The notes: generated from the letters alone by a model not told the origin. 64,000 bases of DNA from Octopus sinensis (GCF_006345805.1 NC_043006.1:95108001-95172000); one strand, 5' to 3'; positions 24,453 through 39,528 are shown, counted from the first letter of the stretch. Made by a program: numbers and translations.

Positions 24453-25064
24453 TAATTTCAATTATCCGCACCAACGCACGGTTGCAACGCCAGATGGTTG
24501 TACCTCCAACCGTGCTGTTTACTGCTGTGATTTTTGCTACTAAGGTATCGGTTAAACTGTTGATTAATCTACTACAAGATTATTCATCTTTCTATTTCAC
24601 ATAATATATATATATATATTATATATATATATATTATAATATAGGATAAGATTTTCGAAAAAATTTTATCAATGGCCAGCATATTAAAAAAATACCTTTA
24701 AAGGTTGAATTTATAAACAACTTATAAACAAGGGCAAAAGAAAAATTCCAATGCCAAATATGCCAAAAATAGACTTAATCATCAATAACTATATAATTTA
24801 TCACTATAAGCAAGCTTCTAGAAAGTAAGCCGACAGAAATCTCTAAAAAAATTCGTTATTATCGAATCAATCCCAATTTCTAAGTTAATTCATTTAGAAT
24901 TTTCCCGTCATCAGCGGTTTAATCTTCGGATTTATTTTTAAATATGCTAGGCCACCGGTTTTAATTGATTAATATCAATTTCTACGCTTATTTAATTATA
25001 TATATATATATTATAATTATAATATAATATTTATATAGATAGATAGATAGATAGACAGATAGAT

Positions 25065-26338
<1,274 letters not shown>

Positions 26339-27513
26339 AAGTTATGTGTGTATGTGTGTGTTAGTGCACCTTTGCAGTTGTCTTAACATCGAATATTGCT
26401 TTTGATAAGGTCTTTAACGGTTGGAGAAAAAGAGACCGATACGATAACTGCTAGACATAAAAAAGTACTGAGGTTGATTTGACTAATTCCTTCACGTTAA
26501 CTTTGTATCATGTCCGCAGTCAGTTAATGAAATTGATAAATGTATAACAGTATGTATTTGGAAGGCTTTACAACACGCCACCAATAATCTCAAATTTAAA
26601 TCTAAGCCCACTAATATTACAAAGGAAAATAAGTCATTGATGGTATCATTACGGTGCCGCTACACCTGGTAACTATAGCGGTCGATTAATCTTTTAATCG
26701 TTTTACAGAAAGAATGCCAAATCGCTTGACATAATCTTGGAATATTATTATAGATATGATGGTTAAGATGTGAGGTCCATTTTGATTGTGGGACTTCTGT
26801 ATCAGAGATAAGAAAACTCTGAAAGATGACATGAAAGTATATAGAGATAATACGCGGATATTCATAGGAATGGAGAAATAGGTGTCAGAAAATATCTCAG
26901 AAACGGTTAATATAAGATGAGGATTACGTGAAGGAGGTATTGGTTCTATAAATACTAAGAACATTTGAAAATAAATTTATCTAAACAATATAAGGGATCC
27001 GTCATACCATAATATAGAGTCCGTTGTGCCAATGAAACGAGTGTGTTATGAACAGATATTCATCGTGTTAGTGAAGTTATTCTCCTGTGACAAAACACTA
27101 AAGCGATTGTCGTACGTACGTTCGAAGCCAGCGAACTTAATAAGTATAAATATCAATCGTTTTACTTTTCACTGTTGATCGTTATTATGGCGATTTATTA
27201 TTGATTGGCAGACATCAGCACGGATCACCGAACCATTTGCATGTTCAATATATAAACAAGAGCAACAGCACCTGTTCACAAATGGTTACAAATTTTGGTT
27301 CAAGGCCAGCGATTTTTGTAAGTCGCTTACATCGACTCCAGTGCTCAACCGGCATTTATTTTGTCGACAGCGGATGGATGAATGTCAAAGTCGAATTCGG
27401 CGAATTCGCACATACACAATAAATAAGGGAACCGGAATACAAAAGCAGTCAAATATGAGTAAAGTAAGAGAATAAGAGGTACATTTGCATAATAATAATA
27501 ATAATAATAATAT

Positions 27514-27545
<32 letters not shown>

Positions 27546-27605
27546 TAGATATTATTATTATTACTATTATTATTATCATCATCATCATCATCGTCATCAT
27601 CATTA

Positions 27606-27640
<35 letters not shown>

Positions 27641-27652
27641 TATTATTATTAC

Positions 27653-27701
<49 letters not shown>

Positions 27702-27817
27702 GATCAGAACAGATGGATAGAGGAAACGGGCATAAAAACCAGTCTAGTACAGCTCCGGAAAATAGTGTTATTACGGACAGCTAGGATACTTTAGAGGGGA
27801 CTTGGTGTTTGAGGTTA

Positions 27818-27886
27818 CTTGTTGCATCCTGATGTTAGGAATTTTACTTTTCCAACAGTCTGATCTGTTGTGTGTATAATAATAAC

Positions 27887-27954
<68 letters not shown>

Positions 27955-28346
27955 CAGGAGAAGAAGAAGAAGAAGAAGAAGAAGAAGAAGAAGAAGAAGA
28001 AGAAGAAGAAGAAGAAGAAGAAGAAGAAGAAGAAGAAGAATGAGCTGTCAATGCTGCTAATGGTAATCTTATTAATGGCGATGATGATGAACAGGACGAT
28101 GTGGATTATGATGGTTGTGATGATGAGGAAAGAAGAAAAAAGTCACTGAAGAATCACATCCAGAACCTCAAAAATAAAATGATTTCAAAAGCATTAACAT
28201 GAATGAAAAGCAGAGGTTTCCTTGCAATAGTTTAAACTAATAAACGACAGAAACATTGTCAAGGAAACTAGTTTGAAGAAAAGTGTGAGATGTGAGTTCT
28301 TGAGAAGTATATGCAAACATATACACGTACAAGCGCATACACACAC

Positions 28347-28426
<80 letters not shown>

Positions 28427-28582
28427 AATTGCAGCATGGAAGGTGTTTGTAAGCCATTTAAGAAACACACAAAAGCCGTTCGATTCACTTCAACATTTAA
28501 GTTTAATTTGTCAAAATATTTTCGTCGCTTTAAGACCGCGACCTGTTCACTGACAAAAACCGTGCTTCTTCTTCTTCTCCTG

Positions 28583-28650
<68 letters not shown>

Positions 28651-28841
28651 CACACAACAGATTAGACTGTTGGAAAAGTAAAATTCCTAACATCAGGATG
28701 CAACAAGAATCCGAGATGTAGCACGGATTCTTAAAGCGACGAAAATATTTTGACAACTTAAACTTAAATGTTGAAGTGAATCGAACGGCTTTTGTGTGTT
28801 TCTTAAATGGCTTACAAACACCTTCCATGCTGCAATTGTTT
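27818..28841. repeat. Two interleaved inverted duplications (A..B..A'B')
   Basis: A 27818-27975 is the reverse complement of 28565-28707; B 28423-28535 is the reverse complement of 28729-28841. Confidence 0.9.
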
Positions 28842-28890
28842 TCGTTTCAGCACACGATCTCAGATCACTTACTATGCAAGTACATCTCCG

Positions 28891-28927
<37 letters not shown>

Positions 28928-29549
28928 TATATTAATCAATATAAGGGTAGCAAAAAATTCAAGAAAAATTTTCCGCCCCCAGCGGTCTAGTGAGAAAGAA
29001 AATTAGACACAGACTATATAATATACATTCAAGAATATTAAGGAATGGCCCTAATAGGCCATTCGACTCACTAGAAAGAGCAGCCAAACTCAAACCGCTA
29101 AATAGTTGTAATTCTGAAACTAAAAGAGAAATAATAATTAAAGGAGAAATAAAAACATTTATCCTTTTCTAACCGAAATAAGTGGATCTATTGTTTAGGA
29201 AAATTCTATACTTGTTTAAGTGTTTTGTGAGTGTGCGATACGCGGCTGAAAACATGAATATAGTAATCTTTACGGATTCGTGCATATACATATATGCCCG
29301 CGTGTTTGTGTGTTTGTTTCTAAACTCAGAGTGGCTGTGCTCAGTGTATCATGTTAATTTAAACTTAAAATTCTATATAATTCTAGAATATCTAATAACA
29401 TTTTTGTGTAACAAAACGACATAAAGTCATGCATAGATACATGCATAATATACACATACGCAGACGCAAACACAAACATGCCTACAAATAGAAGTAAATA
29501 CGCATATATAACTATGTGTATATATATGTGTGCGTGTGTGTGTGTGTGT

Positions 29550-29679
29550 ATATATATATATACATACATACATATATCTATACATATGCATATATATATA
29601 AATATGTATATACATATGCATTTATATATATTATATATATGTATACATATGTGTGTGTATACATGTATATATATATGTG

Positions 29680-29722
<43 letters not shown>

Positions 29723-30029
29723 TGTGTATATATATACATACATACATATATCTATACATATGCATATATATATAAATATGTATATACATATGCATTTATA
29801 TATATTATATATATGTATACATATGTGTGTGTATACATGTATATATATATGTGTATATATATATATGTGTGTGGTGTGTGTGTGTGTGTGTGTGTGTGGT
29901 GTGTATATATATACATACATACATATATCTATACATATGCATATATATATAATATGTATATACATATGCATTTATATATATTATATATATGTATACATAT
30001 GTGTGTGTATACATGTATATATATATGTG

Positions 30030-30085
<56 letters not shown>
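29550..30085. repeat. Three tandem copies of a ~175-bp unit built from TA/TG microsatellite
   Basis: tatacatacatacatatatctatacatatgcatatatatat..atgcatttatatatattatatatatgtatacatatgtgtgtgtatacatg recurs at about 29560, 29735 and 29910. Confidence 0.85.
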
Positions 30086-30092
<7 letters not shown>

Positions 30093-30398
30093 AGCTGTCA
30101 CTTAGTCCGTGATTTATCAAGACACACATGGATACCCGCATGACAGACCTACATTCCTTCTGAATGTATAAAATTCCATGAATCACGCTTTACGTAATAT
30201 AATTAAGAAATATTGTATTCTACTGATTTCTTTCCATAAATGGAGACGCACTGAACGAACATAACCGTGTAAAATTCGCCTTATCAGAATGTGAATCCTT
30301 TATAATACACATGTGTAGGTTTAGACCCGTGTACACACACATATATAAAAATAACTTGCCGATCGAGTGCTTTTCTACGCGTTGAAACATTACCATAT

Positions 30399-30450
<52 letters not shown>

Positions 30451-30474
30451 TATAGATAGATAGATAGATAGATT

Positions 30475-30513
<39 letters not shown>
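30399..30513. repeat. (GATA)n microsatellite at the 3' side of the long Tx1-like element
   Basis: Direct reading. Confidence 0.97.
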
Positions 30514-30530
30514 GTATCAATTTTTACGTT

Positions 30531-33500
30531 TCATAGGATCATAGTCAAGGTGGCTTCGTCATTCATACGTGCCATCCTTGCTACATTCACCCATCTTTTT
30601 TTTAAAACATTTACTAGACAAAACTTGCCTCTCTACTCTCACTTTCCTCATCAAGTGATACTTGAAGAAGTTGATGAGAGATTGACCAGAGAGGAAAGTG
30701 TTTGTCTCTAATCTTTTCAGGCGCGTCCACCAGATACATTCTTTCGCCATAGCCACAAGTATGATGAAAATAGCTCTTCCTTCCCGTTTGAAGGAAGGAG
30801 GCGTGACGATATTAACGATAGACGCGGCTGATAAACCGACACGTCCCACACGTGACAGCAGTCGTTCGACATAAGCCCACAGGTCGGAGATTGTTGGACA
30901 TTGCAGGATTGCGGGCAGAACGGTTTCGTCGCTCTGCCCGCATCTCGGGCAGGTCGGCCCCGTGTTTCTCGAGCCATGCTTATAGAGCTTATCCCGAACG
31001 GGTAGCGCTTCTCGGTAGTACTGCCAGGCCAGGGATCTCTGGTTTGAAGGAAGGAGGCGTGACGATATTAACGATAGACTCGGCTGATAAACCGACATGT
31101 CCCACACGTGACAGCAGTTGTTCGACATAAGCCCACAGGTCGGAGATTGTTGGACATTGCACAATTGCGTGCAGAACGGTTTCGACGCTCTGCCCGCATC
31201 TCGGGCAGGTCGGCCCCGTGTTTCTCGAGCCATGCCTATAGAGCTTATCCCGAACGGGTAGCGCTTCTCGGTAACACTGCCAGGCCAGGGATCTCTGGAA
31301 GTCGTCCATAGGTCCCGGCCCGAAAGTCGTTTCAAAGAGGCGGGTCAGGTATTCCTCGTCGACGCCCAGGTTTGCCCCAAGATCGTCGTCGTACCACCCC
31401 TCCACTAATCCCCTATAGAATGCTTTGGTTGTTGTTGAAGTCACTCAAGGTCGACCCGGGACGGCAGAGTTGCTTGAGAGCAACGCGACACTCTCGGTGC
31501 CATTCGCTTTTTCCTCGGCCTCTTTTTGATCCACGACTGCAGTTCTGTCATGGAGACAAGCTGCGGGAAAGCGTGCCTCACAAACGGCTCCTCACCTGTT
31601 CACCGTCGTCTACATAGAGCCGGAGATGTCGCAGTCTCAGCGCGTGTCTGCGCATCATCAACCATGGCATGCCCAGCCCTCCTTTTAACGGGTGTTGACA
31701 GCAAATGGATCACCTGACCATCGGGACGCATCCTTTCCACAAGAAGCGGAAGAGAATGCGTTCTAGTTTGGTGATGGATGGGTTGGGACAAGGTACGATG
31801 GTCAGTCGGTAGTAGATGATGGACGCGATGTACGTGTTCGTCACCTCCGCCCGACCTTTTAGGGACAGTTTCCTCTCACCCCATTGCCGGGCGAGAGTGA
31901 CCACACTACTCATTATCTCGTTCCAGTTCTTCTCCATTTGGAGGTCCGGACCGAACCAGATCCCGAGCAACTCAACGGTATGGGCTTGCTTCTCCAGGTG
32001 CCGAGCCGCAAGACCACTGACTTTTCCCGGTTAATTTTCGCTCCTGTCACCGTTTCGTAGTCTTTCAGTGTCTCGCCGACCAGCTCGATGTGCTCGTTGC
32101 TTGACACTATGGCACTGAAGTCGTTCGCGTATGCAGATACGCTCGTCCTGCATCCCAATTCTCGAGGGATGCCCCTCAGAGTTTCCAGCTTCCGCAGTAG
32201 TGGCTCGAGAGTCAATACGTATAGAAGCGACGAGAGGGGGCATCCCTAACGGACCGAACGCGCAATGTCGAAAGGTCTCGATAGATGTCCACTTACGCGA
32301 ATTACCGAACGGATGCCTCTGTACAAAGCAGCTATCCAGCCGCGGAAGACGGGACCGAAACCAGCCGCTCTCAGGCCTGCCTCCAAGTATCGATGGTCTA
32401 CCCTATCGAAGGCTTTCGATTGATCCAAATTGACCATGGCCCCACCCATGCCAGGCTCCTTAACTACTCTGTCTATGATGTAGCGCATCATATGGAGGCT
32501 GTCATGGATGCTCCGGCCCGGCACGGCGCACGTTTGAGCCTTGTCGGCCAGTTTCTCGATGACAAGCGCCAACCTCTTTGCTAATACCTTGGTCAAAATT
32601 GTCAGGTCTGCATTGAGCTGAGTGATTGGCCTAAAGTTATCTATTATGTCCCCCTTGTTTGGATCTTTCTTCAGAAGTGTTACGGCTCCTCGACTCACAA
32701 AACCGGGTATGTTCCCGTTTTGCAGCCACTTGCAGTATACCGCTGCCAAGACGTCTCCAAACAAGTGTGTCATACAATTGTAAAACTTGTAGGGCTGACC
32801 ATCAAAACCCGTTGATTTGTCTCCCGAGCATTCTGCCATTGCGTCCCGCACATCCGCCGCCGTGATGGCACCTTCGCAGCACTCTGCCTTTCTTGCCGAG
32901 AGTCGTGGCAGGCTGTGCAGGTAGGCACTGCAGTCCACCCTGCGTTCACGCTCGCCACTCGTCCCATACAGTCGGGCAAAGTGCCGCTGAAATGCCTCGC
33001 ACATCTTGCTGGGCTCGAGCAATTCGCGCCCTTGTTCATCTACCAGAGACAGAATGGTGGCTTTGTTGCCCTGCTGCGCCTCCGCCACCCGGGCCTCCCT
33101 CGCGGCTCCAACACCTTCCATCCTTAGAGCACGCATCCTAGCCCTGACAGCACACCCTTCGTGTTTGGCGTTGAAGTGTTGGTCAAGGGCCAACCTCGAC
33201 GCTAAAACGTCGGATGTGATGCCGCTTCTTATTGCCTCCTCTAACTTTTTAACTAACTCACCCTTTTCTCTATTTCTATCTACGGCTAGTGCCTTGCTAT
33301 ATCTAATTGATTCCGCTTTTACTGCTCTCTTGAGGGCGAACCACCATTTGTTGTTGACGATGGCTCCCGTTAAAGCCCTTTTTACTAACGTGTTGATTCT
33401 GTCTCTGAAAACCTGTCTGGACGGGAAAGATGCGTTCAGTTACCAGTAACCGGGACACTGTCTATGTGCCTTTTCTAAGTCTAGCGTACACGTCACGAAT

Positions 33501-33640
33501 TTGTGATCCGTGTAGCTGACTGTGTGGAATTGTGGATATCTTTAGTTATCCCTGTCTACTGTCCTACGCATTTAGGAGGTACCCTTGTTTCCAAGGAGAC
33601 CCCAAGCCACGCGCATTCACACAACCAATCTTGACCATGA
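30531..33640 (-). pseudogene. Tx1-like ORF2 (endonuclease remnant, reverse transcriptase, zf-RVT), frameshifted
   Basis: ORF 32246..33193: NFRPITQLNAD..QTCAVPGRSIHD..LDQSKAFDRVDHRYL..GFGPVFRGWIAALY. Then VSAYAND (31913..32215), WGERKLSLKGRAEV..ERILFRFLWKG (31710..31970), and TCPRCGQSVETVLHAIVQCP (30989..31444). Confidence 0.92.
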
Positions 33641-33642
33641 TT

Positions 33643-35245
33643 CTATTGGGGTGTGTGCTTTAAAACACAAAAAGGAAGATACAGAGAGTTACTTACTTCT
33701 GTCGAAAGTTTTGGCTTCTTCGTCCTTTGATGTGTCTTGGAGGAGGTTTTTGTACAGTTTTTCCGAGAGATATTTTTGGAACCCCCCCCAACCGCATTTG
33801 GAAAGAGGGCTTTGAGTGTGTGGTGTTGTGTTTGTGTGATGTATTTTGGTTTTTCCTGCGGCTGTTGTTGCTGTTGTCGTTGAAGGAATTTGCACTCCTT
33901 TTTGAGGTGTGCTTCACTGCCGCATATATAGCAGCGTGGCTTTCTGCCCTCGACTACTACGTACAATTTGTGGTCTTCCGCAAGATGTATATGGGTGGGT
34001 ATTTTGTTAATGGCGTCTTGGTTTATGTGAAGGAGAATCTCCAGTCTCTTTCCCACCCAGTTCTTGGGTTCCGAAACAGCGATTTGCAGGATGTTTATGT
34101 TCTCCATTTCGAAGCATATGGCCGATGTTATCCATAGTGTGTCTGCTATTTGAGGAACATTATTGATAATGACTTTTGTTACCCTCTGTCCAAGGTAACT
34201 GGGTATCATTGTTAGCTCATCTCAATAAAGAGTTAGCGTTGAGAATTGTTTTGCTAACTCTTCATTTTGAAAAACTACCTGTACGTGGGCAAACTTGTTC
34301 GACCAAGTTACATACTCTTTGCATCCCCAGATGGGGCGTAGGCATTTTTCGATTTTGTCTGTGTTTGCTTTTTCTGGACTTTTAGTTGTGCTGTTTATTA
34401 TTTTATATACAATTGTTCTCTTTTTTTCGTCATCCAGTATGTGTTGTGGTATGTGTAATTGCACTTTACCGTTTTCTTTGGTGATTAGGGCTTTGGTGTC
34501 TTTTATCTGCTCTGCAGTAAACGATACTATTGTTTTTTTTTTCTTTTATCGCCTCGGCGAATTTTGTTGTTGTTTTGTTATTGTTGTTACTGCTGGTGGT
34601 GTTAGTGTTGATGGCAGGGGTGTAGGTTGTGGGTATATTAGTTGTATGGTTACTGATTATGCAACTAACAAGGAGTGGAAAGTTGTCTGCATAATTTTCC
34701 CCTGCGTTTGAGCAAATTTCGGCAATTCGTTTGGTGGTCGCGGTTTTTTCTTTCTCTCCTTCACTTGTTAGTGGTGGAGGGAACAATGGCTGAAGGGAAT
34801 TGTTGCTGTTGTTGTTATTGTCGTTCTTGGTGGCGGCGGTGGCATTAGTAGCAAGGGAGGCAGTTCTAGTAGCAGATATTGAAGTGGTGGCATAGGTATT
34901 GACGGTACGGTCTTTTGTGGCGGTGATGGTGATTGGTCTGGTGATCTTGATATTGTTATTGTTGTTGGTAGTGGTATCGTTAGCAGAGGTAGCAGTTGTA
35001 GTAGCAGAAGCTGCCATGGTGGTGGTGTCGGTGTTGATGGTGGAATCATTGGTGGCGGTGACGGTGCTTGGCCTTACGACCTTTGTTTTGTAGTTGTTGC
35101 TGTTGTCGAAGCTGATGGTGGTGGTGGTGGTGGTGTTAGTAGGGTTCAAACTGTCAGGTTCAGTGTATAGTGACTGGGAATCCTGATTTATTGTCTCGGC
35201 GTCACGCTTCACTTGCGCCTCAGCCTCGAGGTGACCAGTTGCCAT
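33643..35245 (-). pseudogene. Tx1-like ORF1 (T/N-rich N-terminus, CCHC zinc knuckle), broken into three frames
   Basis: Consecutive ORFs 34466..35245, 34222..34464 and 33643..34209 directly upstream of ORF2; the last contains CYICGSEAHLKKEC (CX2CX4HX4C). Confidence 0.75.
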
Positions 35246-35449
35246 TTTTGAAAATAAATGGCTAAAATAAGGCCACGAAGCCTATTTTTAGGATTTTGCC
35301 CACAAAGGGCGAAATTTTGTGTAGATATTAATCAAGGTTTGCAGTGGATTTTGTTGCACAACTTTTAATCACAAAATATTTGACAATAAACACTTTTAAA
35401 TGTACAAAATGACCAACTTACTTGGAGCCCATTTGACTTGCGTCTGTCC

Positions 35450-35477
35450 ATAGATAGATAGATAGATATATAGATAT

Positions 35478-35568
<91 letters not shown>
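35450..35568. repeat. (GATA)n microsatellite at the 5' side of the long Tx1-like element
   Basis: Direct reading. Confidence 0.97.
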
Positions 35569-36062
35569 TATGTATACATAGACACATATTAATGCGTTGA
35601 TATATAACTGCTCAGCATTATTTTTTTACTCCATGCTAGAGAACAGGGTTGCCTTCTGGCTATTGGCCCTTCTTTTTTTTATATGGTGTCCCATTTTTTT
35701 TCTATTTACTAAACGTGTTTCAAGCCTTCCTTTTCCGATGATGGACTAATACCTGAATGGCCAAGGCTCTCTCATCTCATCTGGATTATTTGCGAAGGGT
35801 CGAAATGAGCGTATATTCTTCTTTCAGCTCTTAGAATTTACTTGTGCCTTTCTATTCCATACCTGTATGCATGCATACTTATGTATGCAGGCTTGTATGC
35901 ATGCGTCTATGGTTATATATGTGTATGGCTTTATTTTCGGATTTTTTACTAATGTGGAAGGGTCAGTTTCGAAAGACAAGTCTCCATCACTGGAATTTAG
36001 ATCTTAGACATCAGTAAGTCATAGTTTTCAAGCATGATGTGTGCATGTGCATACGTACACTT

Positions 36063-36120
<58 letters not shown>

Positions 36121-36122
<2 letters not shown>

Positions 36123-36425
36123 CGTCCTGGCACTCCGTCGGTTACGACGACGAGAGTTCCAGTTGATCCGATCAGCGGAAGAGCCTGCTCGTGAAATTAA
36201 GTGAAATTAATGTGCAAGTGGCTGAGCACTTGACAGACACGTGTACTCTTAATAGCGTGACAGATTGTGTGTCAAGGTTGGCCATTTGAAATACAGGTAC
36301 AACAGAAACAGGAAGAAAGTGCGAGAGAAAGTTCTGGTGAAAGAGTACAGCAGGGTTCCCCACCTCCGCCCTGCCGGAGCTTCGTGGTGCTTTAAGTGTT
36401 TTCACTCAATAAACACTCACAACGC
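36121..36425 (-). mobile_element. SINE-C variant with alternative tail; head displaced by SINE-B
   Basis: Shares gagaaagtt..aaagagtaca..ccggagc(c/t)tcgtgg with 12170-12485 but ends ..gtcgtaaccgacggagtgccaggacg; same tail as 59030-59352. Confidence 0.75.
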
Positions 36426-36429
36426 CTGT

Positions 36430-36630
36430 TCAAGTCATTTAACTGCGGCCATGCTCGAGCAACGCCTTGAAGGATTTTGGTCGGACAAATCCACCCTAGG
36501 ACTTACTTTGTAAGACTAGTACTTCTTCTATCGGGTTCTATAGTCGAACCGCTAAGTTATGGGACGTTAACAGACTATCACCGGTTGTCAAGCGGTGATG
36601 AAGGGAAAAATACAGACACGAACACACATA
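36430..36630 (-). mobile_element. SINE-B 3' half
   Basis: agtcatttaactgcggccatgctcgagcaacgcc..ccgctaagttatgggacgttaac. Confidence 0.75.
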
Positions 36631-38225
36631 CACTCACACACGCACACACACTCATTTATTCATGAATTAGTAAGCCAGTAAAAGGGTTGCCCCCCCCCCC
36701 CCACCCATGACTCTCCGAGGGCTTTGTGACTGGCGACAAGTAAGCTGGATGTCAACTACAAACAAAGATCTGACCAGAATTACTGAGACAACGTGGGCTT
36801 CGCTAAAAACACCCCAAAAGAAGTCAATGGATTAATACATGGAAACGGTTTACGGCTTCCATCCACGTCGGTTTGAACCAACAGATTTGCATTAAGTTAC
36901 CGTTTACCAGTCTCTTATCCACGATACTGAGAGCAAAACAGATTTGCACAAGATGCAATGTATTTCAAGTGAACTCTAATCCTAAGTGTAAAGGCTCGTG
37001 GGTAAGTGGTTATGGTATTCCACTGACAGTCAAAATATAGTGTGTTCTATTCCCAGATACTTCATTTTACGTCGCTCCACCCCATCAGCTAGCAAAAATG
37101 CGTAGCAGCTGTAATTCGGAGGACCAGCTCCGTATGAAGTCAGACCATGAAGTGATCTTACTTGGTTTCCCAGTACATGTCATATCAATTCTGATATTCA
37201 CATTCAACCAACTTCAAATAAATAAATGGATGCTTTCGGTGCTTTGGAACGTTTTCGATTGCGTCTCTCAAGAGGTTTCTCTTCTACAATCTGTTCTTGA
37301 AATAACCACTTTATCTACCTCATTGATTACATATGTGTTATCGCTCAAACAGTAAACGAATTCTGACGAACAGCTATCATTATTCCTGTTAACACCTTCC
37401 TAACTAAGTACGTGAGATATTTCTCTATTCTCCTATTCTCCATTCTATGGTGAGTTCGTTAATATTCTTCAAGAAGAATAACTTGATTACTTATTTAAAC
37501 GCCTTAAAACAAATTTCGATTAGAATATTTACGCTTCGACAGTGTTCTATCGATTCTTCTACAACAACTAACAAGACTTCAATAGGTTTCACTATGAAAT
37601 TATGACAGTAAGTTTCTAAGTTCTAAGCAGGTATTATGGAAAAAATGTTATTACGAAAATTTCGTTCAGTACTGCCGGTTTTTAGCGAATGTTGACATGA
37701 CTCTGGTCATTCGCGTACGTATTTGTAATATGCGTTACTAAGGGCAGTTATGGATAGAAGTTTCTTGAAGACAGATGTTACAAAATGGGCTCCCAGGAAC
37801 GAAATTTCACCCAGAAAAGTAAGTTATTTCTTTTATATACATTGGTGGATTGTATTTGAAATGTTCGATTCTCAGAAACATCTAATGAAAATATGTACGT
37901 AAACACAACACACACACACACACACACACACATAATTATTTAATAAACACAATAAGTGTCTTTATGTGCTATTAATAGTTTCATGTGTTAGGAACATGCC
38001 AAACAGTGCTACTTAAAATGACTGGTGACCTATCACAATCACAAGAAACTACCCATATGGCATGACGAACTAATTTAGCATGCTCACAGCACAGGAAACT
38101 AATAGTAGCACAACAAATCATATAAACATATATCGTGTATATTAAATAATATTTGACACTCACCAAATAGAGTAATAGTTCTTTTCTGAACATCGCAGAA
38201 GAATATTCTATAATCACACACGCAT

Positions 38226-38283
<58 letters not shown>

Positions 38284-38360
38284 ATTCGCCATGTTGATTC
38301 GTTAGCTACTGCACGCATTTTTTTTCTCTCCTTCTTTCTGTGTTTTTCTCTCTCTGTGTA

Positions 38361-38398
38361 TCTTTCTGTTGAAGAGCGTAGGCTCGAAACGTTAAAGA
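38361..38398 (+). ncRNA. Minimal hammerhead-like motif with non-canonical CUGUUGA core, inside a ~200-bp (TA)n-flanked element (about 38285-38490)
   Basis: UCUUU-CUGUUGA-A-GAGC guag GCUC-GAAA-CGU-U-AAAGA: helix I 5 bp, helix II 4 bp, palindromic ACGU helix III; A6 is replaced by U. Confidence 0.55.
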
Positions 38399-38517
38399 CT
38401 TGTTTTATTTATATTTCCTGAGCGCCATACTAATACAATTGTTCGTTTGTTTTCCACCTGCCTTCGTCTTTTGTTTATTTTCATAAAGCTTCCCGTTATA
38501 TATATATATATATATAT

Positions 38518-38557
<40 letters not shown>

Positions 38558-39009
38558 GCTTCCATCTCCTGAGCGCCTATTAATAATAATACTGTAATTG
38601 TTCCTGTTGTTGTTGTTTTTTTGTTTCCCTTTTGGATTAAAATTATATATATATATATATATTATATATATATATATGCTATAGAAAACATTTTAACAAA
38701 AAGTTTTGGATGCGAATAAATCGCCACTCTCTTCTTTGTTTCAATTACATATATGTGTCTGTGTGCATGTGTGCGTGTATGTATATTGTTGTATTTCAGG
38801 ATGGTCATGTTATTTATTTATTTATTTCAAATAATGACACGCACTATATATATTTTTTCTTCATTTATTACTGTTATTATTTTAACGTCTGTCCGATTTT
38901 ACATTAGGAATCTTGCAGAACGAATTTATATATACATATATATTTATTTATTTATTTAAATGTATTATGATTGTATGTATACACACACACACGCACACAC
39001 ACACACATA

Positions 39010-39370
39010 AATAGGCTTTCAACATCCAAGAATTCAGTCATCCCAAACTAAGGAAGTATTTACAACCAAAAGCCCTACCATACATCTCCATATATATCTC
39101 TCTTATAAATGAAACCAGCGACACTATCCTCAAGAATATTCCCCTACTGAAAAGAGACCACAGAATGAATTTAATCTTCCAAACTCACACCATCATAAAG
39201 AGTAGAAGACAACCCAAGTCTATGAAAATTCTCTTAACACCAGCCGAAGTACACTCGACACGAACACCGAAGTCGTCAGTAAAAAAAAATGGGGACGACC
39301 AAACTGTGGTATATGCGTCAACCTAATTGAGGGATTGGAGTTCTCTTTGAAACTGAGTCAACAAGCTCGA
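39010..39370 (+). mobile_element. Penelope-like element fragment (RT-endonuclease linker with Cys motif)
   Basis: Manual translation: LPYISIY..ILKNIPLLKRDHRMNLIFQTHTIIKSRRQPKSMKILLT..SVKK / GRPNCGICVNLIEG, matching the PLE RQPxNLKxLL..KC.RPxCxxC linker. Confidence 0.7.
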
Positions 39371-39528
39371 TATGTGGAGTAAACGTCAGCCCTGATCGTA
39401 GGCTCAATGTCAGTAAAGTTGAGATTTCGAAGCAAGACACAAGAGATGTCTCCAGGAAAGAGCGAAAAGTTAAGAATGAGATTCTAAAAATATATTATGC
39501 GTAAAAATATAATATGCGTACGTATATA

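Larger units (their letters stand above)
30514..35449 (-). mobile_element. Near full-length Tx1-like (L1 clade) non-LTR retrotransposon, disabled
   Basis: 5' UTR about 200 bp; ORF1 with CCHC knuckle; ORF2 with RT and C-terminal zinc finger. Most of the APE endonuclease and most of the 3' UTR are missing. (GATA)n lies on both flanks. Confidence 0.92.

Noticed and set aside
26700-26960. Possible ancient RTE-type RT remnant (MKVYRDN..SETVNIR*GLREGG)
   Set aside because: Only one loose motif with several stops; not supportable by eye.
34466-35245. 259-aa Thr-rich ORF as a mucin-like host gene
   Set aside because: It lies inside the Tx1-like element, same strand and immediately upstream of the CCHC-containing ORF1 segment, so it is treated as ORF1.
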